From: Phycisphaerales bacterium
Lineage (GTDB): Bacteria; Planctomycetota; Phycisphaerae; UBA1845
Length of the DNA stretch: 64,000 nt
NCBI GenBank assembly: GCA_020639115.1
Contig: JACKHG010000005.1
Coordinates: 114,071-178,070 of the forward strand
Reading direction: 5' to 3'
Under the pieces are notes generated by a model. It had not been told where the DNA came from. It was given only the letters and a program-made list of their open reading frames with translations, and ran no database searches. Position 1 is the stretch's first letter. Each line of letters starts with the position of its first letter. Below are positions 18,117 to 29,281 of this stretch, piece after piece. Both the position numbers and the translations under genes were made by a program.

Positions 18117-21100
18117 ATGCTGAAGACCCGGCTGAGTGTCGCCATGGTCTCCCTGGTCATCCTCACCGCAGGCGCGGTGGGCTGGACCTCCTACCACTAC
18201 CTCGAAGCCGCCACCCTCCCCGGCGAACTCAAGCGCCTCGCCGCCCACGCCGAACTCGTCGGTCACGAATTCAACCACCACGTCCGCTCCTGCTGCGCCG
18301 ACGTGCTCGCCACCAGCGGGTCTGCCGCCATCGCCGGCATCGTCCGCGCCCGCGCCGCCGACGGCGTCGACCCCGAGTCCCACCTGCCCGAGTCGGCCTG
18401 GTGCGACGACCTCACCGCTCTGTTCGTCGCCGAACTGCAGGCCAAGCCGCACTACCTCCAGATGCGCCTCATCGGGATCGCCGACGGCGGCCGCGAAATC
18501 GTCCGCGTCGACCGCCCCTGGACAGCCGAACCCATCCGCATCGTTCCCCGAAGCGAACTGCAGCAAAAGGGCAACCGCGACTACTTCACCGCCGGCCTCG
18601 CCCGTGCCCGCGGCGATGTGTATGTTTCCCCAATCAACCTCAACCAGGAGCAGGGCGTCATCCAGGACCCGCCGCTGCCGGTCATGCGCGCCGCCACGCC
18701 CATCTTCAACGCGGACGGCAGCAAGTTCGGTATCCTCATCATCAACATGGACATGCACATCGTCCTGGGCGCCCTCAATCCCCTGCACGACCCCCAGGGC
18801 GCTCTCTACGTCCTCAACGACAACGGCGACTTTCTCGTTCACCCCGACGCGAACCGCACGTTCGGCTTTGACCAAAACCGGCCCCATCGGTGGCAGGATG
18901 AGTTTCCCAGCGTCGCGAGCCTGGCCGGCATCTCCTCCACGGAGGTCCGACCTTTTCGAAACAGCGCGGGCCACAAGGTCTTCGCAGCCGCCGCCGCGAC
19001 CCAACTGGCCAGTGGACCCCGGATTGTCGCGATTGAAGTCGCCCCCGAGAGCACGCTGCTGGCCCCCGCCCGGTCCATCCGTCGCGCAGCCATCTACGCC
19101 GGCCTCGCCGCCGTGATCGGCGCCCTCATCCTCGCCCTCGTCATCGCCCGCTCGCTGTCCAAACCCCTCGCCCGCATGGCCAACGCCGTCCAGAGCTTCG
19201 CCCGCGAGGAATCGCTCGACGTGCCCGTCGAGGCCTCCGGCGAAATCGGCATCCTCGCCCGCACCTTCGCCCGTATGGTCGATGACGTCTCCGACAAGAC
19301 CGCCGCCCTCCGCGCCGAAATCGAGGAACGCCGCCGCGCCGAATACGAACTCGCCCAGCACGCCGAACGCGAACGCCTCTTCATCGCCGTGGTCGAGTCG
19401 TCCGAGGACGCCATCATCGCCATGACCCTCGACGGCGTGATCACCGCCTGGAACCCCGCCGCCGAACGCCTCTTCGGCTACACCGCCCATGAGGCCATCG
19501 GCCGGGAAATCTCCATCATCGCACCCGAGAACCGCAGCGACGAACCCCTCGCCCTCCTCGACCGCATCTGGCGCGGCGAACGCATCGATCAGTTCGAAAC
19601 CGTCCGCGTCACCAAGGACGGGCGCCAGCTCGACGTTGTCCTCAGCGCCTCACCCGTTCGCTCGCCAAGCAACGAGATCATCGGCGCGTCGAAGATCATC
19701 CACGACATCACCGAACGCAAACAGGCCGAGGAACGCTTCCGCCTCGTGCTCGAGAGTTCCCCCAACTGCATCGTCGTCCTCGACCGCGCCGGCTGCATCC
19801 AGTTCGTCAACGCCGCCACCGAGCAGACCTTCGGCTACACCCGCGAGGAGATCGCCGGCCAGCACATCGAACGCCTGCTGCCCCAGTTGTCCAGCGACGA
19901 GGAACTTCCAACTGACGCGGTGACGATCGACGGCGACGCCGAACATCTCGGCCACCGCAAGAACGGCACGACCTTCCCCGTCGAATTCGCCCTGCGCCCG
20001 CTCGTCACCCCCACCGGACCGCAAGTGCTCTGCACCATCGTCGATATCACCCAACGCAAGCTCAACGAGCAGGAACGCGACCAGCTCGCCGCCCGCCTGC
20101 GCCGCTCGGAGAAAATGGAAGCCGTCGGCCAGCTCGCCGGCGGCGTCGCCCACGACTTCAACAACATCCTTACCGCCATCCTCGGCAACGCCGACTTGGC
20201 CCGGGGACTCATCAACCGGCCGGAGCAGGTCGACCACGCCGCCCTTGCCGATTACCTGCAGCAGATCGAAAAGAGCGCCACCTCAGCCGCCGACCTCACC
20301 CGCCAGCTCCTCGCCTTCGGCTCCCGCCAGGCCGCCCAGCCACGCCCGCTCAACCTCAACGACCGCGTCGCCGGCATGCAGAAGATGCTCCGCCGCCTCA
20401 TCCCCGAAAACATCCAGTTGGAATATCCCGAAAGTCCTGATCTGCCCGCGATCATGGCCGACCCCAGCCAGATCGAGCAGATCCTCGTCAACCTCGTCGT
20501 CAACGCCCGTGACGCCATGCCCGACGGCGGCACCATCCTCATCGAAACCACCACCGCCACCATCGACGAGTCCGCCACGCACCTGGACCCGGACGTCGAG
20601 CCCGGCAACTACGTCCTGCTCACCGTCAGCGACACCGGCACCGGCATGGACGAAGCGACCCAGGCCCGCCTCTTCGAACCGTTCTTCACCACCAAGCAAC
20701 GCGGCCAGGGCACCGGCCTCGGCCTCGCCACCGTCTACGGCATCGTCAAACAGGCCGAAGGCCACATCCACGTCTACAGCGAGATCGGCCACGGCTCGAC
20801 CTTCCGCGTCTACTTCCCCGCCATCGCCGCCACGGTACCCGAACCGGAAACGCCCGCGCCCGCCCCGGCACCCGAGGGCTCCGGAACCATCCTCCTCTGC
20901 GAGGACGACGAAAGCGTCCGCCTGCTCATGGAGCAACTGATCGCCGGCGCCGGCTACACCGTCATCACCGCCGGCAACGGCGAGGAAGCCCTCAACCTCG
21001 CGAAGGCCCAGCGCCGGCCCATCGACCTGCTCGTCACCGACGTCGTCATGCCCGGCATGCACGGCCGCGCCCTCGCCGAAAAACTCCGCGCCCTCCGCCC

Positions 21101-21272
21101 CGCACTCAAGGTCCTCTACGTCTCCGGCTACACCGCCAACGTCATCGCCCACCACGGCCTCATCGAAAACGAAATCGAACTCATCGAAAAACCCTTCACC
21201 CGCGCCGCCCTCCTCCAACGCATCCACCACATCCTCCACGCCACCAGCACACCCACCCCCGCCAACCCCTGA
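18117..21272 (+). CDS. hybrid sensor histidine kinase / response regulator (periplasmic sensor, HAMP, 3 PAS, HisKA, HATPase, REC)
   Basis: H-box [16 protein letters not shown]; N box [10 protein letters not shown]; G boxes DTGTGMD and GTGLGLA; REC domain [14 protein letters not shown]. Confidence 0.92.
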   Translation: MLKTRLSVAMVSLVILTAGAVGWTSYHYLEAATLPGELKRLAAHAELVGHEFNHHVRSCCADVLATSGSAAIAGIVRARAADGVDPESHLPESAWCDDLTALFVAELQAKPHYLQMRLIGIADGGREIVRVDRPWTAEPIRIVPRSELQQKGNRDYFTAGLARARGDVYVSPINLNQEQGVIQDPPLPVMRAATPIFNADGSKFGILIINMDMHIVLGALNPLHDPQGALYVLNDNGDFLVHPDANRTFGFDQNRPHRWQDEFPSVASLAGISSTEVRPFRNSAGHKVFAAAAATQLASGPRIVAIEVAPESTLLAPARSIRRAAIYAGLAAVIGALILALVIARSLSKPLARMANAVQSFAREESLDVPVEASGEIGILARTFARMVDDVSDKTAALRAEIEERRRAEYELAQHAERERLFIAVVESSEDAIIAMTLDGVITAWNPAAERLFGYTAHEAIGREISIIAPENRSDEPLALLDRIWRGERIDQFETVRVTKDGRQLDVVLSASPVRSPSNEIIGASKIIHDITERKQAEERFRLVLESSPNCIVVLDRAGCIQFVNAATEQTFGYTREEIAGQHIERLLPQLSSDEELPTDAVTIDGDAEHLGHRKNGTTFPVEFALRPLVTPTGPQVLCTIVDITQRKLNEQERDQLAARLRRSEKMEAVGQLAGGVAHDFNNILTAILGNADLARGLINRPEQVDHAALADYLQQIEKSATSAADLTRQLLAFGSRQAAQPRPLNLNDRVAGMQKMLRRLIPENIQLEYPESPDLPAIMADPSQIEQILVNLVVNARDAMPDGGTILIETTTATIDESATHLDPDVEPGNYVLLTVSDTGTGMDEATQARLFEPFFTTKQRGQGTGLGLATVYGIVKQAEGHIHVYSEIGHGSTFRVYFPAIAATVPEPETPAPAPAPEGSGTILLCEDDESVRLLMEQLIAGAGYTVITAGNGEEALNLAKAQRRPIDLLVTDVVMPGMHGRALAEKLRALRPALKVLYVSGYTANVIAHHGLIENEIELIEKPFTRAALLQRIHHILHATSTPTPANP

Positions 21273-21357
21273 TCAAGACGCAGCGCCACGACCCAAGATT
21301 TTCCCGTAGCCCTGCCACACCCCCGTGCCCGGCACACCCGCCAAGCCGACAGGGCCG

Positions 21358-21392
21358 ATTCATCATTCATCATTCCGCATTCATCATTCATC
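21358..21392. repeat. heptamer array ATTCATC/ATTCCGC x5 (family R1)
   Basis: Direct reading. Lies about 40 nt upstream of the selB start. Confidence 0.8.
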
Positions 21393-21433
21393 TTTCCCCG
21401 CCCGCCATTGTCCCAGCCCGCCCATCCCCGATA

Positions 21434-23371
21434 ATGCCCGCAATGTCCACCACTCCCACGCATCACCTCATCCTCGGAACCGCCGGCCACATCGACCACG
21501 GCAAAACCTCCCTCGTCCGCGCCCTCACCGGCGTCGACACCGACCGCCTCCCCGAGGAAAAACGCCGCGGCCTCACCATCGAACTCGGCTTCGCCGAACT
21601 CGCCCTCGACGGCGTCACCTTCGGCGTCGTCGACGTGCCCGGCCACGAGCGCTTCGTCCGCACCATGGTCGCCGGCGCCACCGGCATCGACGTCGCCCTC
21701 CTCGTCGTCGCGGCGGACGACTCGATCATGCCCCAGACCGTCGAACACGTGGAAATCCTCGATCTGCTCGGCGTCCGCTCCGGCGTCGTCGCCGTCACCA
21801 AGTGCGACCTCGTCGACGACGAACTGGCGGAACTCGTCGCCGTCGAAACCGCCGAACTCCTCGCCCACACCCGCCTCGCCGACGCCCCCATCGTCCGCGT
21901 CTCCGCCACTACCGGCGCCGGGCTCGATACGCTCCGCCACGAACTCTGCATTGCCGCCCGCGCCGTCGAACGCCGCCGACTCGATCACCCCTTCCGCCTC
22001 TCCATCGACCGCGCGTTCTCCGTCCCCGGACGCGGAACCGTCGTCACCGGCTCCGTCCACTCCGGACAACTATCCGCCGGTGACCCCGTCGAGGTCTGGC
22101 CCGGCGGGCACGCCGCCCGCGCCCGCGAAGTCCAGACCCACCACCGCGGCGCCGACCGCGTCGAAGCCGGCCAGCGCGCCGCCATCAACCTCCAGGGCCT
22201 CGACCTCCGCGACGTCGATCGCGGCAGCGAACTGGCCGCCCCCGGCACCCTCACGCCGACCCGCTGGCTCGACGTCGAACTGCACTGCCTCGCGTCGCAC
22301 CCGCACGCCCTCCGCGCCCACGCGCGCCTGCGCCTCTGTCTCGGCACCCGCGAACTGCTCGTGCGCTGCGTCCTGCTCGACCCCACCGAACTGCTGCCCG
22401 GCCAGCGCGCCCTCGCCCAACTGCGCTGCCGCGAGGAACTCGTCGCCTCCTACGGCCAGCGCTTCATCGTCCGCGACGAGAACGCCGCCCGCACCGCCGG
22501 CGGCGGCACCGTCCTCCGCGCCGCCCGCCGCCGCATCAGCCCACGCATGACCGACGACGTCGCCGGACTGAACACCCTCCGCGACGCCGCACCCGTCGAC
22601 CGCCTCGAGGAAACCCTGCGCTACCTGGGCTCCGCCGCCCCCGACCCCGCGACGCTCGCCCTCGCCGCCCACGTCGACCAGGCAGCGCTCCCCGACCTGA
22701 CCGCACAACTCCTCGACGCCGGCCGCCTCATCGCCCTGCCCGGACTTTCCCAACCGGTCAGCGTCCGCTGGCTCGAGCGCATCCAGCGCCGCGCCGCCGC
22801 CTGGGTCGCGGCCCGCCACCAACAGCACCCCGACGAACCCGGCACCCTCCTCGACGCCTGCCTCGGCTTCCTCGAACGCCGCAGCCACCGCGCCGCCGCC
22901 CGACCCATCCTCGACCGCATGCGCGCCGCCGGAACCGTCCGCATCGTCGGCCGCTACGTCTGCCTCGCCGAGTTCGCCCCGTCCCTCTCCCACGAGGATG
23001 AACGCGTCCTCGCGGCTGTCCTCTCCGCCTGTGCCGACGCCGCATTCCAGCCCCCCTCCGTCGAGGAACTCGCCGCCCGCGTCGGCGCCAAACGCCCTCG
23101 TGTCGAAAAAGTCGTGAAAATCGCCACAGCCGTCGGCCAGCTCGTCCGCATCGACGCCGCCACCGTGCTCCACGCCGACCGCGAAGCGGAAATGCGCACC
23201 CGCACCCAGGCCCTCTTCGACGCCTCCGGCCCCTTCACCCTCTCCCAGCTCCGCGAAACGCTGGACACCTCCCGCAAGTACGCCGTACCCTTCGCCGAGT
23301 ACCTCGACCGCATCGGCTTCACCCGCCGCCAGGGCGACCAGCGCGTCGTCGTGCCTCAGGAGAAACCATGA
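21434..23371 (+). CDS. selB: selenocysteine-specific elongation factor SelB
   Basis: [16 protein letters not shown] and TKCD G-motifs, followed by a long C-terminal winged-helix extension. Overlaps selA by 4 nt. Confidence 0.9.
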   Translation: MPAMSTTPTHHLILGTAGHIDHGKTSLVRALTGVDTDRLPEEKRRGLTIELGFAELALDGVTFGVVDVPGHERFVRTMVAGATGIDVALLVVAADDSIMPQTVEHVEILDLLGVRSGVVAVTKCDLVDDELAELVAVETAELLAHTRLADAPIVRVSATTGAGLDTLRHELCIAARAVERRRLDHPFRLSIDRAFSVPGRGTVVTGSVHSGQLSAGDPVEVWPGGHAARAREVQTHHRGADRVEAGQRAAINLQGLDLRDVDRGSELAAPGTLTPTRWLDVELHCLASHPHALRAHARLRLCLGTRELLVRCVLLDPTELLPGQRALAQLRCREELVASYGQRFIVRDENAARTAGGGTVLRAARRRISPRMTDDVAGLNTLRDAAPVDRLEETLRYLGSAAPDPATLALAAHVDQAALPDLTAQLLDAGRLIALPGLSQPVSVRWLERIQRRAAAWVAARHQQHPDEPGTLLDACLGFLERRSHRAAARPILDRMRAAGTVRIVGRYVCLAEFAPSLSHEDERVLAAVLSACADAAFQPPSVEELAARVGAKRPRVEKVVKIATAVGQLVRIDAATVLHADREAEMRTRTQALFDASGPFTLSQLRETLDTSRKYAVPFAEYLDRIGFTRRQGDQRVVVPQEKP

Positions 23372-24758
23372 CCACGCCAGCCCACGATCTGCTCCGCAAA
23401 CTTCCCGCCGTCGACCGCCTCCTCAGCAGCGACCGCGTCCAGGCCTGGCTCGCCACCCACCCGCGCACGCTCGTCGTCACCGCCGTCCAAGCCGCGCTCG
23501 ACGCCACACGCGGCGCCATCCGCGCCGGCGAGACCGCCGCCACCGAGGCCGCCGCGCTCCTCGACCGCGCCGAGCAGATGCTGAAAACCCAGTCGACCCC
23601 CTCCCTCCGCCGCGTGATAAACGCCACCGGCGTCGTGCTCCATACCGGCCTCGGCCGCGCCCCGCTCGCACCGGCTGCCCTGGCTGCCATCGCCGAGTGC
23701 GCCGCCGGCTACTGCAACCTCGAACTCGACCTCGACACCGGCGCCCGCGGCCGCCGCTCCGACCACGTCGCGGAACTGCTCTGCGAACGCACCGGCGCCG
23801 AGGCCGCGACCGTGGTCAACAACAACGCAGCCGCCACCCTCATCATCCTCAATACGCTCGCGCGCGGCGCCGAAGTCATTGTCTCCCGCGGCCAGCTCGT
23901 CGAAATCGGCGGCTCCTACCGCCTCCCCGAAATGATGACCGCCAGCGGTGCCGTCCTCCGCGAGGTCGGTACCACCAACCGCACACGCCTCGCCGACTAC
24001 GAACGCGCCATCGGCGAAAACACCGCCGCCCTCCTCCGCGTCCACACCAGCAATTACCGCGTGGTTGGCTTTACCCAGGACGTGCCCCTCGCCGAACTCG
24101 TCGCCCTCGGCCGCCGCACCAACCTCCCCGTCGTCGACGACCTGGGCAGCGGCGCCCTCGCCGAGCTACCCGCGGGCGCCCTCGCCGACGAACCCCACGT
24201 GCGCGCCGCGCTCGCCGCCGGCGCCGACCTCGTCTGCTTCTCCGGCGATAAATTGCTCGGCGGACCCCAGGCCGGCATCATCCTCGGCCGCCGCGACCTC
24301 GTCCGCCGCATCGAGGCCAACCCCCTTATGCGCACCTACTCGCACCGGCAAGCTCACCCTCGCCGCCCTCACCGCCACCTCCGCCTCTACCGCGACCCCT
24401 GATCAGGCCCTGCGCGAACTCCCCACGCCCGCTCTCTGCTCACCACGCCGGTCGCCGACCTCCGGACCGTCGCGCGCCCAGCTGCTGGCCGACTAGCTCC
24501 GCACCGCCGCGCTCCGACGAGATTCGCGGTCGTCCCTGACCACCTGTCGCCGGCGGCGGCCCATGCCCGCAACCTCGAAACCCGCTGCGTCGCCTGGCAA
24601 CCCGCCCGCGCCACCCTCGACGAAACCTCACCCGCCTCCGCGCACACCCCCCGGTAATCGCCCGCGCCCAGGCTCACTGCATCCCTCTTCGACGCCCGCA
24701 CCTCACCGACCAAGACCTCCTGATCCTGACCGCCGCGGTCGTCCAGCCCCACCCTTAA
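23368..24758 (+). pseudogene. selA: L-seryl-tRNA(Sec) selenium transferase SelA, 3' third broken by multiple frameshifts
   Basis: Intact up to ...SGDKLLGGPQAGIILGRRDLVRRIEANPLMR (~24335). After that, recognisable SelA segments (KLTLAALTAT / LRLYRDP / DQALRELPT / LLTTPVADLRTVAR / VAGGG / PPVIARAQ / LTDQDLLILTAAV) alternate between all three frames. Confidence 0.75.
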
Positions 24759-24838
24759 CGCCGCACAGCCCACCCCACCGCTGCACTGCAGCGTTGCCCC
24801 CACGCGCTGCCCCCCAAGCACTGACCTGCCCATCCCCT

Positions 24839-24890
24839 GTTCTCACTTCTTCACCTTTCACTTTCTCACTTTTTTCACCTTCCTACCACC
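24839..24890. repeat. octamer array TTTCTCAC-type (family R2, opposite orientation)
   Basis: ttctcacttcttcacctttcactttctcacttttttcaccttcc, read directly. Confidence 0.75.
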
Positions 24891-25130
24891 ACGTCCTGAC
24901 ACTTGCTCCCTGCATTACAATGCTCGGCCGCTGCATGGAGACCTTTATGAGCATCACGCGTCCCTCCGCCGTCGCCGTTTCAAACTAGCCCTGTTCACCT
25001 GCCTGCTCGCCGCGTTTACGATCCGTGGCGTTCCCTACATCGGCTACGACGGGCTGGATATTCACGCGCAGCTCGTCGCCGCGGACGGACATGCTCCGCT
25101 CGCCGACGCGTTCGTCAACATGATCCCAGC

Positions 25131-26564
25131 GTGCGACGGCGAGCCCTATGGCGAGAGATACCACCTACTCGTACGACGAGGCACCACGGTCTAATCGCCT
25201 ACGCTGACTTCGGATATACTGACTCGACCGGCCTCATCACCCAACGCGCACTCGAGCGCACCAGCTCGTTCCGGTCCGAAGGCGGATGCCTCTCCGGCCC
25301 CTACGTGCCCGACCCCCTCGGGCCACCCCCGACCACGCTCGACATCCTCGTGCGCACCGGCGACGCCATCGGCCGCGCCACCGTCGCGATCGCGCCCACG
25401 GACGTCCAGGGCTACAAGAACGTCGATGATATTCCCGCCATCGGCTACCTGGACATCGGTTCCGTCGCCGTGAATTTGCACCCGCAGCCGCCGGTATCCA
25501 CCCACCCGGTAATCGCCGCGGCCCGCACGCTGGCCCACGCCGACGTCGATGGCGACGGCCGCGACGACCTGCTCGTGGTGTCCGCATATCGCATCATCGT
25601 CATGCACAACGAGAACAACGGCGCGTTCGCCGATGGCCAGCAGCTCCGGACGGACGTGGAGATTGACCAGGTCCTGCCCGGCGACATCGACGACGACGGC
25701 GATATCGATCTCGTCGTAATGGGATACCCCAACTACGAGGCGGGTGGAGTTACCCTCGACACCTACACCAACACCGCGGGCACCTTCGGCAACCGCACCA
25801 CCCGCACGCTTCCCACCGATTACTGGGCCAGCGCGTACCACCTCCTCGATGTCGATGCCGATGGCGATCTCGACGTGCAGCTGGGCGCAGACGTATTTCT
25901 CAACGACGGTACCGGCCGATTCGCAGCACCGGTGCGACTGCCGCACGGTTCCGCAAGCCTCATCCTCGCCGACATCGACGGCGACAGCCGCCCCGACCGC
26001 ATCACCACCGACCGCGAAGACGACACGCCCTTCCTGCGCGTCTCGCTCAACAATGGGTTCAACGCGTTCGAATCGACGCAGGCCTACCCGATCGCTCACC
26101 AAGCTGCCGTCCTCGCGGCCAACGATGTCGACGCGGATGGCGACCTCGACGTGATCTACTGGGAAAACGGATACGACGCCGGAGGGGCGCCCCACCGGAT
26201 CGGCGTCCTCCACAACGACGGAAATGGAATCCTCAACGACCCGGTCACCTACGGTATGATTCCCGGCGCCGACGCCCTCGCGGTTGGCGACTTCGACCAG
26301 GACGGCGACGCCGATGTCGCGACCGTGATGCCCGGCAGTCCGTTCAACATCGCCATCCACCGCAACGACGGCGCCGGCCACTTCGCCGACTACTACTTCG
26401 TTCCCCTCACCCCACCGGGAACACCCACCGAAGAAGACTACCTCGCCGACGTGCTGATCGCCGACCTCGATGGAATCGCCCCCCTCGACCTGGCCGGCCT
26501 CTACAGCAACTTTGCCGCCGTCAACGAAACAATCGTCCTCCTCAACCCCACACCGCCCGACTAA
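25131..26564 (+). CDS. FG-GAP/VCBS repeat protein
   Basis: Six Ca-binding-type repeats: DVDGDGRDDLLV, DIDDDGDIDLVV, DVDADGDLDV, DIDGDSRPD, DVDADGDLDVIY and DFDQDGDADVA. The true 5' end probably lies at ~24948 (MSITRP.. and the signal-like KLALFTCLLAAFT) but is split by 2 frameshifts. Confidence 0.8.
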   Translation: MRRRALWREIPPTRTTRHHGLIAYADFGYTDSTGLITQRALERTSSFRSEGGCLSGPYVPDPLGPPPTTLDILVRTGDAIGRATVAIAPTDVQGYKNVDDIPAIGYLDIGSVAVNLHPQPPVSTHPVIAAARTLAHADVDGDGRDDLLVVSAYRIIVMHNENNGAFADGQQLRTDVEIDQVLPGDIDDDGDIDLVVMGYPNYEAGGVTLDTYTNTAGTFGNRTTRTLPTDYWASAYHLLDVDADGDLDVQLGADVFLNDGTGRFAAPVRLPHGSASLILADIDGDSRPDRITTDREDDTPFLRVSLNNGFNAFESTQAYPIAHQAAVLAANDVDADGDLDVIYWENGYDAGGAPHRIGVLHNDGNGILNDPVTYGMIPGADALAVGDFDQDGDADVATVMPGSPFNIAIHRNDGAGHFADYYFVPLTPPGTPTEEDYLADVLIADLDGIAPLDLAGLYSNFAAVNETIVLLNPTPPD

Positions 26565-26592
26565 CCGCGAGCCGCGATACGCCGCAAAATCC

Positions 26593-26622
26593 CTTTCTCA
26601 CTTTCTCACTTTCTCACTTCTC
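26593..26622. repeat. octamer array CTTTCTCA x3-4 (family R2)
   Basis: Direct reading, between convergent genes. Confidence 0.75.
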
Positions 26623-26739
26623 CCCCGCCACAGCGCCTTGAATAACCAATTGCGGTTTTAGTCATATATACCGCACCGCCAACCCAACCGCACCGGGCGC
26701 GATATGATCTGCCAAGGCGATACCATGGGCGCGCGATCG

Positions 26740-27246
26740 TCAGAACTCCACGCGTAGCATGTTCGCCTGCCCCATCCGCACGACGCACGCGATGTCCGTG
26801 CACTGCTCAAAATTCGGACCGGTCACCATGAGCCTGTCCGCAAACACCAGGATATAGCCCGCCTCGAACGCCCTCAGACCGACACCCCACCCTGGAAACT
26901 CGCGGAGCGTCGTCATCAGAGCCCTCAGCCAATCCTCAGTGAAATATCTGGCATGATACAACTCAATGTAGATGTACTGCTCATCATTGAGTTGATCATC
27001 AAGCACAAAGTACTCACAGGGATTGTCGCCCAGCTCCCATCCATCCAACGGCTCTTCAGCGTCACCTGTGATCGGAGCCTCGGCCATCGGCCCCGTCGGC
27101 CCAAACCGTCGGCAACACTTCACGACGGCGTTGCGCACCGTGTGATAGACCTGCCAGGGCAGGTGCCCGCGCGGGTACGGATTGTCGATCCTATGCGCCG
27201 TGTAGTGCTCAATGCGCGGCGAATACTTCGGTAGCCGTTCTGTCAT
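26740..27246 (-). CDS. hypothetical protein (168 aa), lower GC
   Basis: MTERLPKYSPRIEHYTAHRIDNPYPRGHLPW... has a balanced composition. It starts 4 nt after the stop of the upstream gene. I recognise no motif. Confidence 0.6.
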   Translation of the reverse strand: MTERLPKYSPRIEHYTAHRIDNPYPRGHLPWQVYHTVRNAVVKCCRRFGPTGPMAEAPITGDAEEPLDGWELGDNPCEYFVLDDQLNDEQYIYIELYHARYFTEDWLRALMTTLREFPGWGVGLRAFEAGYILVFADRLMVTGPNFEQCTDIACVVRMGQANMLRVEF

Positions 27247-27250
27247 GAGG

Positions 27251-27913
27251 TCACTGCCTACAGAAGCCCGCTGCAACCAACCGCACCGCCTGCCGCGCCA
27301 CCGCCGGACGCGGGTTCTTCACCTGCCGCTTCACGAACACCCGCACCGCCCGCTGATCACCCACGCGAGCCCACATCCCCTCCAACGCCGTCAACACGTG
27401 CCCGATCGCCACATTCCGGCACTCAGCCGTGGCATACCTCGCCCGCTCCACGCCCAACAGCGCCGGCACAATCCGCTCGGTGAGCTCCGGCTGATCGACC
27501 GCGATCCGTCCGGCACCCGCGATCGCGTTCGCCGCACTGATCAGATTGCCCTCTTGAATAACCCCCAGATACTTATCCAGCACGCCCGCGATCCGCCCAG
27601 CCTCGTCCACCGGCCCGAGCCAGCCCAGAATCTGCAGCGCATTCCACCGCACCACCTTGCTCGCACTGTCGATCAAACCGGCAATCGCCTCGAAATGCGG
27701 ATACACCCGCGCCGGATCCCGCTCGGCCGTCACCGCCAGCGCCTTGCCCGCAGCAAACCGCGCCGTACCCGCCGGCGCAGCCATCACCGCGACCGCACCT
27801 GCCACCCGCGCCCGCGGTAACATCCGCACCGCCGCCCTCTTGGATTTCTTGGAACCGACCCCCGACCTGCCGCCACCCGCCCGCTTTCGCCGCGTCGTCC
27901 GCACACCCGCCAT
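27251..27913 (-). CDS. hypothetical HEAT/ARM-like repeat protein
   Basis: Basic N-terminus followed by helical repeats (..VVRWNALQILGWLG.., ..NVAIGHVLTALEGM..). ATG at 27913. Confidence 0.55.
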   Translation of the reverse strand: MAGVRTTRRKRAGGGRSGVGSKKSKRAAVRMLPRARVAGAVAVMAAPAGTARFAAGKALAVTAERDPARVYPHFEAIAGLIDSASKVVRWNALQILGWLGPVDEAGRIAGVLDKYLGVIQEGNLISAANAIAGAGRIAVDQPELTERIVPALLGVERARYATAECRNVAIGHVLTALEGMWARVGDQRAVRVFVKRQVKNPRPAVARQAVRLVAAGFCRQ

Positions 27914-27980
27914 GACGCCACCTCGCAATGAAGTTCAGAAATGCCCCCCCATCAGCCCCCGCCACAACCGCCCCCCCAAC

Positions 27981-28087
27981 CTCAATCCCTCAATCCCTTA
28001 ATCCCTCCACTCAATCCCTCAATCCCTTAATCCCTCAATCCCTCCACTCAATCCCTCAATCCCTCCACTCAATCCCTCAATCCCTCC
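27981..28087. repeat. octamer array TCAATCCC/TTAATCCC (~11 units, with TCCAC inserts); GGGATTGA on the minus strand
   Basis: Direct reading. It begins 3 nt after the stop (28091-93) of the minus-strand kinase gene, and TGA/TAA triplets fall in all three minus-strand frames. Confidence 0.85.
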
Positions 28088-28090
28088 CCC

Positions 28091-29281
28091 TCACCTCGTC
28101 ATCCGCAACACCAACACCAGCCCCAGCACAAACCCCAGCACCCACGGCAACGCATTCAACGCCGCCACCCCCAACATCACCAGCGGATGCGCCGAAACCT
28201 CCTCCGGCTGCCCTCGCCGACCCGCCGCCGCCTCCCCGAACAACGCGTCGTACGACCACTCCCGGCACGACTCCAACTCCTCCCGCATCCGGTCCGCCGT
28301 CGAAAAACGATCCGCCGACTGCGCAGCGCACGCCCGCGCAATCACCTCCTCCAGCCGGCGCGAATCCCACTTGTCCGCCGACTCGTGCACGAACGCCGGC
28401 AACTTCGGAAACGTCGCACCCGCCGGACCCGCCAGCAACTCGTGCAGCATCCGCCCCATCGCAAACGTGTCCGCCGTCAGATCCATGCACGCGTCCGGCG
28501 GCATGTACTCCGGCGTCCCCACGTGACTTGGCGTGTCCCCCACCGTCGTGATCATTCCGATGTCGCTCAGCTTCGGCTCGCGATCCACGAAAACAATGTT
28601 CGCCGGCTTGATGTCCCGATGCGCCAGCCCCACCCGGTGCAACCGCGCCAACCCCTGCAAGAGCCGCAGCACCACCTCCACCGCCACCCCCACCGAAACC
28701 GGTTTGCCGTGGATCACCTGCCGCAACGTCAACGCCCGGTACTTCGCCGGTAACGCCTCCCGCACCGGCCGCCGCGTCACGTCGTCGTCCGCCAGATCCA
28801 TCGTGTAGTAAAGTCTTTCCCCATGGATGCCCACGTGGTACACGCGCACCAGGTTCGGATGCGGCTCCACCTGCCGGCAGTAGATCTCCAGCGCCGCCAG
28901 CTCCCGGCAGGTCACGTCCGCCTCCGACAACCGCCGCAGATCGATCACCTTCAGCGCCCGGAACACCCCCACCCGGTCACGCACCGCCCACACCGTGCCG
29001 AACGCTCCCTCCCCGCACAGATGCACGCACGTGTAATCCGGAATATCCCATTCCGCCTTCGAGACCGTCGTGCCCGCACCGACCGTCGCCCCCACCGGCG
29101 CGTCCCGCACCGCCCGCCGCAGGATCCGCGCATCGAGGTCCGCATGCTGCAGCCGCGACAGCAACTCCCGGCACAGCACGCACGCCTCCACGTGCGCCAG
29201 CAACGCGTCCGCCTGCGCATCCGCGAGCCCCCCCGCCTCCAGCGCCCGCAACTGCGCCGGCTCCGGACACGGACCCGTCAC
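28091..29281 (-). CDS. Ser/Thr protein kinase with N-terminal ZAS-type (HxxxCxxC) anti-sigma-like domain and C-terminal TM anchor
   Basis: GEGAFGTVW, ALKV, HRDIKPANI and GTPEYMPPD, with N-terminal LAHVEACVLC. The GTG at 29281 overlaps the sigma stop (GTGA). The ORF-track extension to 29788 overlaps the sigma gene and is rejected. Confidence 0.82.
   Translation of the reverse strand: MTGPCPEPAQLRALEAGGLADAQADALLAHVEACVLCRELLSRLQHADLDARILRRAVRDAPVGATVGAGTTVSKAEWDIPDYTCVHLCGEGAFGTVWAVRDRVGVFRALKVIDLRRLSEADVTCRELAALEIYCRQVEPHPNLVRVYHVGIHGERLYYTMDLADDDVTRRPVREALPAKYRALTLRQVIHGKPVSVGVAVEVVLRLLQGLARLHRVGLAHRDIKPANIVFVDREPKLSDIGMITTVGDTPSHVGTPEYMPPDACMDLTADTFAMGRMLHELLAGPAGATFPKLPAFVHESADKWDSRRLEEVIARACAAQSADRFSTADRMREELESCREWSYDALFGEAAAGRRGQPEEVSAHPLVMLGVAALNALPWVLGFVLGLVLVLRMTR

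Noticed and set aside
24400-24402. The in-frame TGA ending the selA ORF as a selenocysteine or read-through codon. Downstream frame-1 text does contain the SelA-like LLTTPVADLRTVAR.
   Set aside because: Other SelA segments before and after it lie in the other two frames, so read-through cannot restore the protein. Multiple indels are required.
27981-28087. Whether this array, or the arrays at 10850-10977 and 47520-47587, is a CRISPR array.
   Set aside because: The units are 7-42 nt and head-to-tail with no unique 25-40-nt spacers, and there are no cas genes.
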